Shown here piece after piece: positions 9,640 through 18,040 of a stretch of 32,000 nucleotides of DNA. The DNA comes from an uncultured Clostridia bacterium (GTDB lineage Bacteria > Bacillota > Clostridia > Christensenellales > Aristaeellaceae). Position 1 is the first letter of the stretch; each line of letters opens with the position of its first letter. The stretch is taken from contig CALGBY010000052.1 of assembly GCA_937886445.1 (NCBI GenBank), positions 10,762-42,761 of the forward strand. Direction: 5' to 3'. The position numbers were made by a program, and so were the translations under genes. A model generated the notes under the pieces. That model had not been told where the DNA came from. It searched no databases and saw only the letters and a list, made by a program, of their open reading frames with translations.

Positions 9640-10167
9640 GGCAATACCGCATAAATGAGTCAGTATGATGGCGAGTGAGTTTTTCAACAGATCTGATGCC
9701 GCAGGCTGAAAAATACAGAGATCCTCCGGAATGGAAATTTCAGGTACGGGGCATTGTTCGCTTACCCTTAATTCGGAATACAGAAAATAATACAGTGTTT
9801 GACGGCTTTACGGAGAAAAATACCGCATCCCTTCCGTTTCATCCGCGCTGTAATGCTGTGATTTTCCCTTTACCGACAGCCGGGTAAGCAAAAGGAGGTC
9901 GTGTACGGTCTCCTTTCGTCATATCCTCTGCTTTACGCGGTGTTCGCTCTCTGTGACGATGAAAATACAGGCCGAGAAGGCGTCGCGGACCGCATTTCCG
10001 CGCTGTTCCGTCTCATTGAGCACACCGCGTTTTACTGTAACTGCAGGGTGCTGTTTTCACAGGAGGATCATGACCCGTCCCGGTACGGCACGCTGACGCG
10101 GCCTATACACAGGATCGCGGCGCTCCTATCCGTTCCGTCTTCCCGATCTCTGCAGGGTAAAAACATT

Positions 10168-12135
10168 TCAGATGCGTTCCGCATCCCATACTTCCCCTGT
10201 CAGCCCTTCCAGAATGGATCCGCAGGCCCAGGGCATGAGCGCCTGCCAGGTGGATACGGCAGGACCGTCCGGAAAGGTGGGCTTGACCAGCCCCTCCGAA
10301 TGGCAGAAACGCTCACTCATCCAGCCCGTTCTGCCGTAGCCGAATTCCCCGTCAAAGGTATTATGGTTCTGACAGCTCCACAGTACGGTATCTCTCAGGC
10401 GTGAACGGATGTACGCGTCCTCCCTTTGGGAAAGGTAATACAGCATCTCATCACACACGGAGGAGGACATAGGGTGGATATGCGGGTTGGCAACGCTTGT
10501 GATGCTGCCTCCGCAGCTGCTCCATCCGGCTTCTGAAAGCGGCGGCACCTTCACAGGGGAATTATAACAGAATTTGAAGGAATACTCATAGCAGAGCGCG
10601 TCCCGCATATGACAAAGCAGGGCGTCCTCTCCCGTGATCCCGTGCAGATAACGCAAGGCACGCAGGTAGGCCAGTACGCCTTCGCTGTCCACATTCTTAT
10701 CGATATCCAGTGGTCCGCCATAGCATTCCTCTCGCGCGATATAGGCGCTGTGATAATGCTTTTCACTTTCGATCAGCCCCGGCAGCCACTCCCGTTCTCC
10801 CGTGAGGAAGCTGAAGTACGCTGCCGCAGCCAGACACCAGGCACCCGAAAAGGAATCATAATCCAGCCCCGCCCCGGAACGGTCTGAGAAAATATAGGGA
10901 TATTCGCTTTCGCCGTTGCGGCTTTTTTCAGTTACCTCCAGCACTCCCCGGCAGAAACGCAGCCAGCCCCCGTGCAGGGTGCCGTGCAGCTTCTTTTCCG
11001 CTTCATACGCCTTGAGAAGCAGATACACTCCCTGCCCCACCAGATACGCCGCGTGGCCGGGCACCGGCTGTTTATCGTACCACCAACCACGGTTGCTCCA
11101 TACACCGTTTTCCTCACAGGTGAAGGGCAGTCCGTTCCGGGGATTCAGGCAGGTGCTTACGGTATGCTCAATGGCCTTCAGCGCCTGAGCGCGCATTGGT
11201 TCGTTTTCAAGGCGCAGCGCGCTGAGCAGCATGGGCACAGAGGCAGCCAGCCCGTTCGTCCAGGAAAAGGAAGGAAGCACATTGTAATCAAAATGATCTC
11301 CCCGGTCAAACACGAAACCGGAATAGCAGTGTTTTTCCTCCAGCCAGGCATCCCGCGCGACGGCCCCGGCGATCTCCTCCACCGTGCGTTTGGGAGAGCC
11401 TTTCCTGCGCGGCGCCTCATGAAACAGGCTGTACACCTGTTCAAGCGCGTCATTCAGGCCGCGTTCGTCATCACAGGCAAAATCAAACACCCAAAGCGTG
11501 AACTGCACCGTTTCACCGTTTTTGAGCGATACGCAGTTTTTTTCTTCAAGCGGGGCGCGCGGAAAATGCCGGTGGCTTTCCAGAAAGAAGGCAGGCGCGT
11601 GTTCCCAGCCCAATGTGAACCACACTCCGCCCGCGTCAAGGCTGCAGCCAAAGCCGTTATAGCGGTAAAACGCCCTGCGCGCTCTGGGTGTATGCTCCCG
11701 GATCGCCCCGTCCTCTGTTTCAAGATAGGGAGAGGCGCATAAGCCGGTCATCCTGCCGCCCGCGAAGGCAAACGCGGCCGGATGGGAAAGCCGGTCTGAG
11801 CGCGTCATCCAGAAGGGCGAGGCGGGAAACGCGTTTTCATATCTCATTCGCGGGCATTTACTGTCCACTGTGAGAGGCGCCTCCCCGCGGTTGGTACCGT
11901 ACATGAAGCCCGGCAGAAAAAAGCGTTTTTCACCCGCGCAGGCGGGGAGCGTCAGGCGGATCACCCCCGTGAATGTCTCCTCCCCGCGGTTGGTCACGCT
12001 CACGAGCATCCGGTACGGGTCCTTCGCGGCGCCGGTACCGCCGGTCCTGTCAAAGGATATTTCCAGCGCTGCCTCCGCCGCGTAGGCTTCACCGGTTCCC
12101 AGCCGTCTCGCTTCTGTCACGATCCTGTTTTTCAC
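10168..12135 (-). CDS. Hypothetical cytoplasmic protein, possibly a beta-sandwich plus alpha/alpha-toroid (glycoside-hydrolase-like) fold
   Basis: The 655-aa ORF starts with GTG 6 nt after a GGAGG RBS and has no signal peptide. The C-terminal half shows recurring helix-end motifs (FLTGEREW, HGITGEDAL, EGLTGEVWD) and Trp/Gly-rich loops (NRGWWYDKQPVPGHAAY), reminiscent of (alpha/alpha)6 barrels. I recognised no catalytic signature, so the function is unassigned. Confidence 0.7.
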   Translation of the reverse strand: MKNRIVTEARRLGTGEAYAAEAALEISFDRTGGTGAAKDPYRMLVSVTNRGEETFTGVIRLTLPACAGEKRFFLPGFMYGTNRGEAPLTVDSKCPRMRYENAFPASPFWMTRSDRLSHPAAFAFAGGRMTGLCASPYLETEDGAIREHTPRARRAFYRYNGFGCSLDAGGVWFTLGWEHAPAFFLESHRHFPRAPLEEKNCVSLKNGETVQFTLWVFDFACDDERGLNDALEQVYSLFHEAPRRKGSPKRTVEEIAGAVARDAWLEEKHCYSGFVFDRGDHFDYNVLPSFSWTNGLAASVPMLLSALRLENEPMRAQALKAIEHTVSTCLNPRNGLPFTCEENGVWSNRGWWYDKQPVPGHAAYLVGQGVYLLLKAYEAEKKLHGTLHGGWLRFCRGVLEVTEKSRNGESEYPYIFSDRSGAGLDYDSFSGAWCLAAAAYFSFLTGEREWLPGLIESEKHYHSAYIAREECYGGPLDIDKNVDSEGVLAYLRALRYLHGITGEDALLCHMRDALCYEYSFKFCYNSPVKVPPLSEAGWSSCGGSITSVANPHIHPMSSSVCDEMLYYLSQREDAYIRSRLRDTVLWSCQNHNTFDGEFGYGRTGWMSERFCHSEGLVKPTFPDGPAVSTWQALMPWACGSILEGLTGEVWDAERI

Positions 12136-12156
12136 ATCACACCTCCGCTGTACATC

Positions 12157-12190
12157 AAAAATCCCGTCCGCGTTTTCTGACGCGAACGGG
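12157..12190 (-). terminator. Intrinsic terminator after the HD-GYP gene
   Basis: On the minus strand the sequence is CCCGTTCGCG-tcagaaaa-CGCGGACGGG, a 10-bp stem with one G-U pair, followed by ATTTTT. It lies 9 nt after the stop at 12199. Confidence 0.75.
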
Positions 12191-12198
12191 CGGCAGGA

Positions 12199-14454
12199 TC
12201 AATCGTCCCTATCCGTACAGTGCAGACCGATCACGATACGGGTCGGGTCATTCTTATCCACCTTATAGCGCGTCTGATACTTGACCAGCTTTCCGTATTT
12301 GTAGGCACGGTAATCCACACAGTAGAATCCCTTTTCCTTCAGCGCCGCCATCACATTTTCATGACGGGACTGCTCGTTGAAGCGTTCAAAATCATCAGGA
12401 TGAATGATGCCCTTCAGCGTGATCGCGCGCACCTCGGGAGATTTTACGATATCCTCCAGGTTTTGGAACATATCGCGTATCCAGTTTACAGCACGGTATA
12501 CGACGACCTCCATCGTATGCACATTCAGGGAACACACATAATCGTAGTTGCCGGAGATGCAGTCGATCACCGCCAGCCGGTCCGCCAGCTTTTCTCTTAC
12601 CTCCACCTCCTGACGGGCAGCCGCCAGTTCCTGCTGCATTTTCAGGTATTCTTCCTCACGGGCATGCTCCTCATCACGCACCCAGATGCCGATCACAGCC
12701 GCATTCGGATTACGCTTGTCCCGGCTGATCTTCATGCGGCACCAGTGTATTCCGTCACCCAGCCGCACGCGAAAATCGGATACCACATAGCCGCCGGTCT
12801 GCAGCACGGCCATTGCCGATCCACGCTCCGTAACATCGCGGAAGGCGTCATAATCCTCCATCACGATAATGCTGTTCAGCAGCCGGTCAAACCGTTCATA
12901 GGAACGCATATGGATGTCATAATCCTTCATTATTTCATCCACCCGTTTATCCGCCCGGAACCGCACCACTTCATTGCTGATCATATCCACATAGCATACA
13001 TAGAGCAATTCCTCCGAAAGGCTTTCCAGAACGGAGTTTTCCTCATGCAGGCGTACGCTCTCGCGCAGTGTTCTGTCCTGATCATGGAAACCCAGCACGA
13101 AGCTTTCCTCGGGATTGGCGCGCGATACCAGTTCAAACGGCCGGTCTGACGGCTTGAACGCCTCCGGCGAATGATAGTGTTCAAAAAACTGATCGCGGCA
13201 TTTTTGCAGACAGTCCATCAGCTTGGGAGAGAAAGCGCCGCATTCACCGTCCAGGATCATGGAAAACGCCTTATAGGGCGAATACGCGTCCTTATACACG
13301 CGCTTTGTCGTAAGCGCGTCAAAAATATCCGCTACCGATACGATCTGTGCCGAAATGGGGATCTCATCCCCCTTCAGCCCGTCCGGATAGCCCTTTCCGT
13401 CCCATTTTTCATGATGATGGCGGCAGATGGTCAGGCCCGCCTCCAGATAATCCTCGCTCCACTTACCGCGCATCCTTTCCAGAATACGGCAGCCCGCTTC
13501 GCAGTGCTTTTTCATCGTATCAAATTCTTCATCCGTAAGCTTGCCCGGCTTTTTGAGGATCGCATCGGGCACGGAGATCTTGCCCACATCGTGCAGGGCT
13601 GCCGCGGAGGTGATGATATCCACGGTATAATCGTCCAGCCCGTATTCCGGCATTTCCTTCATCACCGCGTTCGCGAGGATATTGGTGTAGCCCTTGACGC
13701 GGTTGATATGCTCTCCGCTGTCCGGGTCACGGCTTTCCACCACATCGCCCATTACCTCGATCAGGCTCTCGGAGGTCTTGCGCAGCACGGCATTCAGCTT
13801 ACCCGTTTCCTTCGCGCTGTTTTTCTCCTGCTCCAGATGCTCCTTTTCACCATGCTGCAGCAGAAACTGCTTCATACGCACGGAGGAATAGTAGGCACTG
13901 ATCACCATACCGATCAGTCCGTACGCAAAGCAGTTGATCGCGTCCAGGCTGTAGGCGTTCGGTTCCTTCCTGCCGCTCGAAAAAATCAGATTGATCGCTA
14001 TGCAAAAAGCGAGATAGACCATCATCCAGACCGGCCGCTCCACGATGAACATCGGCAGAAGCACCAGCATGACGATAAATGTGACTGCCATCATGGCAGG
14101 GTACGCAAGGCTTGCGTACAGCGCGTAGATCATCAGCAGCACCATGGAACCGTAGATCATCAGTTGCGCCGGCAGTCTGTCCGGCTTCAGCACAAAAAAG
14201 AACAGCAGGGAGGATACGGTGCTGTAGCAGATCACAGCCAGCATCACATAATCCACCCGGCTGTCAAACCTCAATTGCGATCCGAGAAGAAAAACAACGG
14301 TAAATACACAGATGATCAGCAGGTTCAGCCTCTTCCATACAGAAAAATTTTCGGCATAGGCATCCCTTTGCACCTTATGATAATCGTCCTTTGAAAGGCC
14401 GCAGTAGAGGAGCTGGTTTTTCAATTGCTCTTGTAACTTCTTTTTATTCAACAT
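12199..14454 (-). CDS. Membrane HD-GYP domain protein (putative c-di-GMP phosphodiesterase) with two C-terminal PAS-like modules
   Basis: HD-GYP motifs are AALHDVGKI and HHEKWDGKGYP (nt ~13384-13416). There are about 6 N-terminal TM helices. The C-terminal ~290 aa contain two similar sensory-like modules (LLYVCYVDMISNEVVRFRA and YDYVCSLNVHTMEVVVYRA) split by a coiled coil. The ATG at 14454 (MLNKKK) has GGAGAA 8 nt upstream, whereas the ATG at 14526 overlaps its own putative RBS. Confidence 0.88.
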   Translation of the reverse strand: MLNKKKLQEQLKNQLLYCGLSKDDYHKVQRDAYAENFSVWKRLNLLIICVFTVVFLLGSQLRFDSRVDYVMLAVICYSTVSSLLFFFVLKPDRLPAQLMIYGSMVLLMIYALYASLAYPAMMAVTFIVMLVLLPMFIVERPVWMMVYLAFCIAINLIFSSGRKEPNAYSLDAINCFAYGLIGMVISAYYSSVRMKQFLLQHGEKEHLEQEKNSAKETGKLNAVLRKTSESLIEVMGDVVESRDPDSGEHINRVKGYTNILANAVMKEMPEYGLDDYTVDIITSAAALHDVGKISVPDAILKKPGKLTDEEFDTMKKHCEAGCRILERMRGKWSEDYLEAGLTICRHHHEKWDGKGYPDGLKGDEIPISAQIVSVADIFDALTTKRVYKDAYSPYKAFSMILDGECGAFSPKLMDCLQKCRDQFFEHYHSPEAFKPSDRPFELVSRANPEESFVLGFHDQDRTLRESVRLHEENSVLESLSEELLYVCYVDMISNEVVRFRADKRVDEIMKDYDIHMRSYERFDRLLNSIIVMEDYDAFRDVTERGSAMAVLQTGGYVVSDFRVRLGDGIHWCRMKISRDKRNPNAAVIGIWVRDEEHAREEEYLKMQQELAAARQEVEVREKLADRLAVIDCISGNYDYVCSLNVHTMEVVVYRAVNWIRDMFQNLEDIVKSPEVRAITLKGIIHPDDFERFNEQSRHENVMAALKEKGFYCVDYRAYKYGKLVKYQTRYKVDKNDPTRIVIGLHCTDRDD

Positions 14455-14715
14455 CCTGTTTTCTCCGGTTTCATATTTCATCAGCTGTTGCTGAACACAA
14501 TGATCACTTTTTGAACAGTATACCATCCTCCACCCCTTTTGTCAAAGCGAAAATGCTTTCAAAATGCTCATAAATAAGCGAAGCAGCTGATCGCGGCACG
14601 CGCGGACATTCGTCCGCAAAGAAGAAAAGCGCCCGTCCGGAATCTTCAGGTGAGCACAGGCACGCGGTTTTCGCCGGTGCCTGACGGGCATATCACGCAG
14701 CGAAAGAAAAAAAGA

Positions 14716-14745
14716 TTGACAAAGCAGCGGTGGATAGAGTATAAC
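14716..14745 (+). promoter_or_regulatory. Sigma-A promoter of the metG T-box leader
   Basis: TTGACA (14716-14721), an 18-nt spacer, then TATAAC (14740-14745). Confidence 0.6.
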
Positions 14746-14754
14746 AGGCAGGTA

Positions 14755-14995
14755 AGATCACGGCTGAGACGGGAAGAGTACGCCGGAGGATGCCTTCAGA
14801 GAGCCCCGTAGGGTGTGAGGGGGCAGGCGGAGCACGGCGGAACATGGTCCCTGAGCCGGACCGGTGAACAGTGAGCCGGCCCCGGGTACGCCCGATACAG
14901 CGTTTGAGGCGGAAAGCAAAGGCACAGGCGCTTTCCGTGAAGCAAGGTGGTACAGCGTATTTTACGCCCTTGAGGAAACTCAGGGGCGTTTTCAT
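14755..14995 (+). promoter_or_regulatory. T-box riboswitch leader (candidate Met specifier) with terminator
   Basis: Stem I can be drawn as CGGCT/AGCCG, a GA-motif (GAGA...TGA), GGGA/TCCC and CGCCG/CGGCG. These enclose a specifier loop of AGAGTA on the 5' side and GAAC-ATG-G on the 3' side (ATG at 14844-14846). The T-box core AAGGTGGTACAGCG is at 14944-14957. An 11-bp terminator stem with a GAAA loop (14964-14989) is followed by TTTTCATTT. Confidence 0.85.
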
Positions 14996-15012
14996 TTGAA
15001 GGAGGAACCCGC

Positions 15013-16974
15013 ATGAGCGAAAGGAAACCCTACTATATCACAACAGCCATCGCGTACACTTCCGCAAAGCCGCACATCGGCAATACCTATGAGATCGTTC
15101 TGGCGGACGCCATCGCGCGTTACCGCAGACAGCAGGGCTACGATGTGTATTTCCAGACCGGCACCGATGAGCACGGCCTCAAGATCCAGCAGAAGGCGGA
15201 AGCGGCCGGCATCACCCCGCAGCAGTATGTGGATGATGTGGCCGGACAGATCAAGGGCATCTGGGACCTGATGAACACCACCTATGACCGCTTTGTACGC
15301 ACGACCGATGAGGAGCATGTGCGCAAGGTACAGCGCATCTGCACCAAGATGTACGAGCAGGGCGATATCTACAAGGGCAAATATGTAGGCAAGTACTGCA
15401 CTCCCTGTGAAAGCTTCTGGACCGAGAGCCAGCTGGTGGACGGAAAGTGCCCGGACTGCGGCCGTGCCTGTGTGGACGCGGAGGAAGAGGCGTATTTCTT
15501 CAAGATGAGCAAATACGCGCCCCGTCTGATCGAATATATTGAATCCCATCCCGATTTTATACAGCCCGAAAGCCGCAAGAACGAGATGCTCAACAATTTC
15601 CTCAAGCCCGGCCTGCAGGATCTGTGCATCTCCCGTTCCAGCTTCACCTGGGGCATCCCGCTGGAGTTCGCTCCCGGCCATGTGATCTATGTGTGGCTGG
15701 ACGCACTCAGCAACTACATCACCTTCTGCGGCTACGATCCCGACGGCAATCATGACGAACAGTACAAAAAGTTCTGGCCGGCCGATCTGCACCTGATCGG
15801 CAAGGATATCATTCGTTTCCATACCATCTACTGGCCCATTTTCCTGATGAGCATGGGCGAGCCGCTGCCCAAGCAGATCTTCGGCCATCCCTGGCTGCTG
15901 GTCAAGGGCGAAAAGATGAGCAAGAGCTTGGGCAATGTGATCTATGCCGATGACCTGGTAGCGCAGTTCGGCGTGGACGCGGTGCGTTATTTCGTGCTGC
16001 ACGAAATGCCCTTCGCTTCCGACGGCGTGCTCACCTATGACCTGATCATCGAACGCGTGAACAGCGAGCTGGCGAATATTCTGGGTAACCTTGTCAACCG
16101 CACCGTTGCCATGACCAACAAGTATTTTGACGGCGTGATCCAGACGCCCGACACCTGTGAAGATATCGATAACGAGCTGAAGAGCGTTGCGCTTTCTCTG
16201 AAGGCGCGCGTTGAGGAACGGATGGACGGACTGCATGTGGCGGACGCGATCGATGAGATCTTCACACTGCTTCGCCGTGCCAACAAGTATATCGACGAGA
16301 CCGCACCCTGGGTGCTTGCCAAGAGCGAGGACAGCCGTTCCCGTCTCGGCACCGTGCTGTACAACCTGCTTGAAAGCATCCGCTTCGCGGCGGTATCCAT
16401 CAAGCCCTTCCTGCCTGAAACCGCGGACAGGATCCTGGCGCAGCTGAATACCGAAGACGGCGGTCTTGAAAGTCTGGAGTCCTTCGGCACGCTTGTGCCC
16501 GGCAGCAGGGTAGGCGCGGGCGAGATCCTGTTTGCCCGTCTGGACCCTGTAAAGAAGATGGAGGAGATCAACGCCTTCCTTGAGGAAAAGAAAAAGGCCG
16601 CCCTCCCCGCCCTTGAGACCGAGCCGCTCGTCCAAGAGAATGTGGATTTCGACACCTTCTGCAAAAGCGACCTGCGCGCCGTAAAGGTAAAGAACTGTGA
16701 ACATGTCAAAAAATCCGACAAGCTGCTCCGCTTCACGCTGGATGACGGCACCGGCACCGACAGGCAGATCCTTTCCGGCATCGCAAAGTACTATCAGCCC
16801 GAGGAACTCATCGGAAAAACGCTGATCGCCATCGTGAACCTGCCCCCGCGCAAGATGATGGGGCTGGAGAGCTGCGGCATGCTGCTTTCCGCCGTTCACA
16901 AGGAAAAGGGCGAGGAGAAGCTCAACCTGATGATGATCTCCGACGCCGTTCCCGCCGGAGCAAGGCTCTGCTGA
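15013..16974 (+). CDS. metG: Methionine--tRNA ligase
   Basis: The class-I motifs HIGN (AKPHIGNTYE) and KMSKS (GEKMSKSLGN) are present, as are the zinc knuckles CTPCE...CPDCG. The C-terminus has an EMAP/Trbp111-like tRNA-binding domain (LRAVKVKNCEHVKKSDKLLRFTLDDG). GGAGGA lies 6 nt upstream of the ATG. Confidence 0.97.
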   Translation: MSERKPYYITTAIAYTSAKPHIGNTYEIVLADAIARYRRQQGYDVYFQTGTDEHGLKIQQKAEAAGITPQQYVDDVAGQIKGIWDLMNTTYDRFVRTTDEEHVRKVQRICTKMYEQGDIYKGKYVGKYCTPCESFWTESQLVDGKCPDCGRACVDAEEEAYFFKMSKYAPRLIEYIESHPDFIQPESRKNEMLNNFLKPGLQDLCISRSSFTWGIPLEFAPGHVIYVWLDALSNYITFCGYDPDGNHDEQYKKFWPADLHLIGKDIIRFHTIYWPIFLMSMGEPLPKQIFGHPWLLVKGEKMSKSLGNVIYADDLVAQFGVDAVRYFVLHEMPFASDGVLTYDLIIERVNSELANILGNLVNRTVAMTNKYFDGVIQTPDTCEDIDNELKSVALSLKARVEERMDGLHVADAIDEIFTLLRRANKYIDETAPWVLAKSEDSRSRLGTVLYNLLESIRFAAVSIKPFLPETADRILAQLNTEDGGLESLESFGTLVPGSRVGAGEILFARLDPVKKMEEINAFLEEKKKAALPALETEPLVQENVDFDTFCKSDLRAVKVKNCEHVKKSDKLLRFTLDDGTGTDRQILSGIAKYYQPEELIGKTLIAIVNLPPRKMMGLESCGMLLSAVHKEKGEEKLNLMMISDAVPAGARLC

Positions 16975-16993
16975 TCATAATCGCAATAAATAT

Positions 16994-17025
16994 CGCCTGC
17001 GGTCTCAAAGCGCCGCAGGCGTTTT
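16994..17025. terminator. Bidirectional intrinsic terminator between convergent metG and the M28 peptidase gene
   Basis: CGCCTGCGG (16994-17002) pairs with CCGCAGGCG (17013-17021). It is followed by TTTTCATATTTT on the plus strand and by ATATTTATT on the minus strand. Confidence 0.75.
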
Positions 17026-17054
17026 CATATTTTCAGAGCGCTGTCTTTTCGGCG

Positions 17055-18014
17055 TCAGCCGAGCTTTCGCGCGGCAGCGGCAAGAACGGCGGTCAGCGTA
17101 TCCACAGTACTTTCATCCGATACCGTATCCCGCTTCGTATGGATATACGGCGTGTACAGGATTCCCTTCTTGCTTTTCCGGCAGGCGCAGATGCCGCACG
17201 AGATATCAAAGCTCATGTGATCGCTGTTCATGCGGCTGTCCTTCCGGCTGCGCAGTTCAAACGGCACGCCCGCTTCTTCAAACGATGAACGCAGTGCCGC
17301 GCCGGCGGGAGAGGCAATAAAGGCATCCGTGGCGGAAAGGACAAACACGCTTCCGTTGCCCACGCAGTCCAGATTGATGACCGGAACATTTTCCTTTACC
17401 TGCGGGCGCTCCTTCGCAAAAGCCCTGCTGCCCCGCTTTCCCTTTTCCTCCCCGTCAAACAGGATAAAGGCGCAGCCCTTCAATTCCTTCCCGGCCAGCT
17501 TCAGCACAGCGGAGGTACCGGAGGTGTTGTCATTCGCGTTGTTCCGATTGGCCGGGCCCCGGAAAAGAGCGAAAAACAGGCCGTAATACACGATCAGAAA
17601 AGAAAGCACCGCCATAAGCCTCGCATCGATCCCATTGCCCGGAAGAAACGCCCGGATACCGCAGAAGAACGCGATGCTTACCGCGAGCAGCGGCAGCAGC
17701 GTAAGGATCATATAAAGATAGCCCAGTGCTTTGCTGCAGGGCAGCATGAGGTTCGGAAAAAGCGAACGCCGGGGCGTATCATAATGGGCGCAGAAAATCA
17801 ACTTCGCCTTTTCGGGGTCTCCCAGTACCGTATTGGCGTATCCGTCACTGATCTCGGTGCGTGTTTCGGGAAAACCGTTTTTCACAAAGGCGCGGAATTC
17901 CTCCTTCTGCTTTTCCGTATTGCGCACAGGAAAGCGCGCGACAAGCTCCGCAAGCATCCCGTCCGTATTCATCTGTTCTTCGCGTCCGACAGTCTGTTCC
18001 GTATCGTTTTTCAT
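17055..18014 (-). CDS. M28-family zinc metallopeptidase with an internal membrane-spanning insertion
   Basis: All M28 ligand motifs appear in order: CAHYDT, NANDNTSG, DGEEKGKRGS, NLDCVG and NSDHMSF. About 65 hydrophobic residues (LGYLYMILTLLPLLAVSIAFFCGI...LMAVLSFLIVYYGLFFALF) are inserted between the HxD and NDN motifs. Confidence 0.85.
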   Translation of the reverse strand: MKNDTEQTVGREEQMNTDGMLAELVARFPVRNTEKQKEEFRAFVKNGFPETRTEISDGYANTVLGDPEKAKLIFCAHYDTPRRSLFPNLMLPCSKALGYLYMILTLLPLLAVSIAFFCGIRAFLPGNGIDARLMAVLSFLIVYYGLFFALFRGPANRNNANDNTSGTSAVLKLAGKELKGCAFILFDGEEKGKRGSRAFAKERPQVKENVPVINLDCVGNGSVFVLSATDAFIASPAGAALRSSFEEAGVPFELRSRKDSRMNSDHMSFDISCGICACRKSKKGILYTPYIHTKRDTVSDESTVDTLTAVLAAAARKLG

Positions 18015-18040
18015 GTCATTTCCTTTCAGGTACCGATCTG

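Noticed and set aside
9901-10404. A 167-aa ORF starting at a GTG right after an AAAGGAGG sequence in the non-coding gap.
   Set aside because: The spacing from the GGAGG to the GTG is only 2 nt. The GGAGG is better explained as one arm of a hairpin. The ORF runs 237 nt into the convergent 655-aa gene, and its product has no motif.
10972-11742. A 256-aa plus-strand ORF, and several ORFs of 60-100 aa, inside the 655-aa gene.
   Set aside because: The 655-aa minus-strand frame is uninterrupted, has a good RBS and has protein-like composition. The overlapping frames are Arg/Pro-rich.
12220-14394. Plus-strand ORFs of 309 aa (12220-13149) and 407 aa (13171-14394) opposite the HD-GYP gene.
   Set aside because: The minus-strand product contains intact HD-GYP motifs and TM helices. 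The plus-strand translations are repetitive His/Arg/Gln-rich strings.
14992-16899. A 635-aa ORF antisense to almost the whole of metG.
   Set aside because: metG is unambiguous on the plus strand. The antisense product is a low-complexity protein rich in Arg, His, Gly, Gln and Asp, with no motif and no RBS. Long antisense frames are expected when the sense strand avoids TTA, CTA and TCA codons, as GC-rich genes do.
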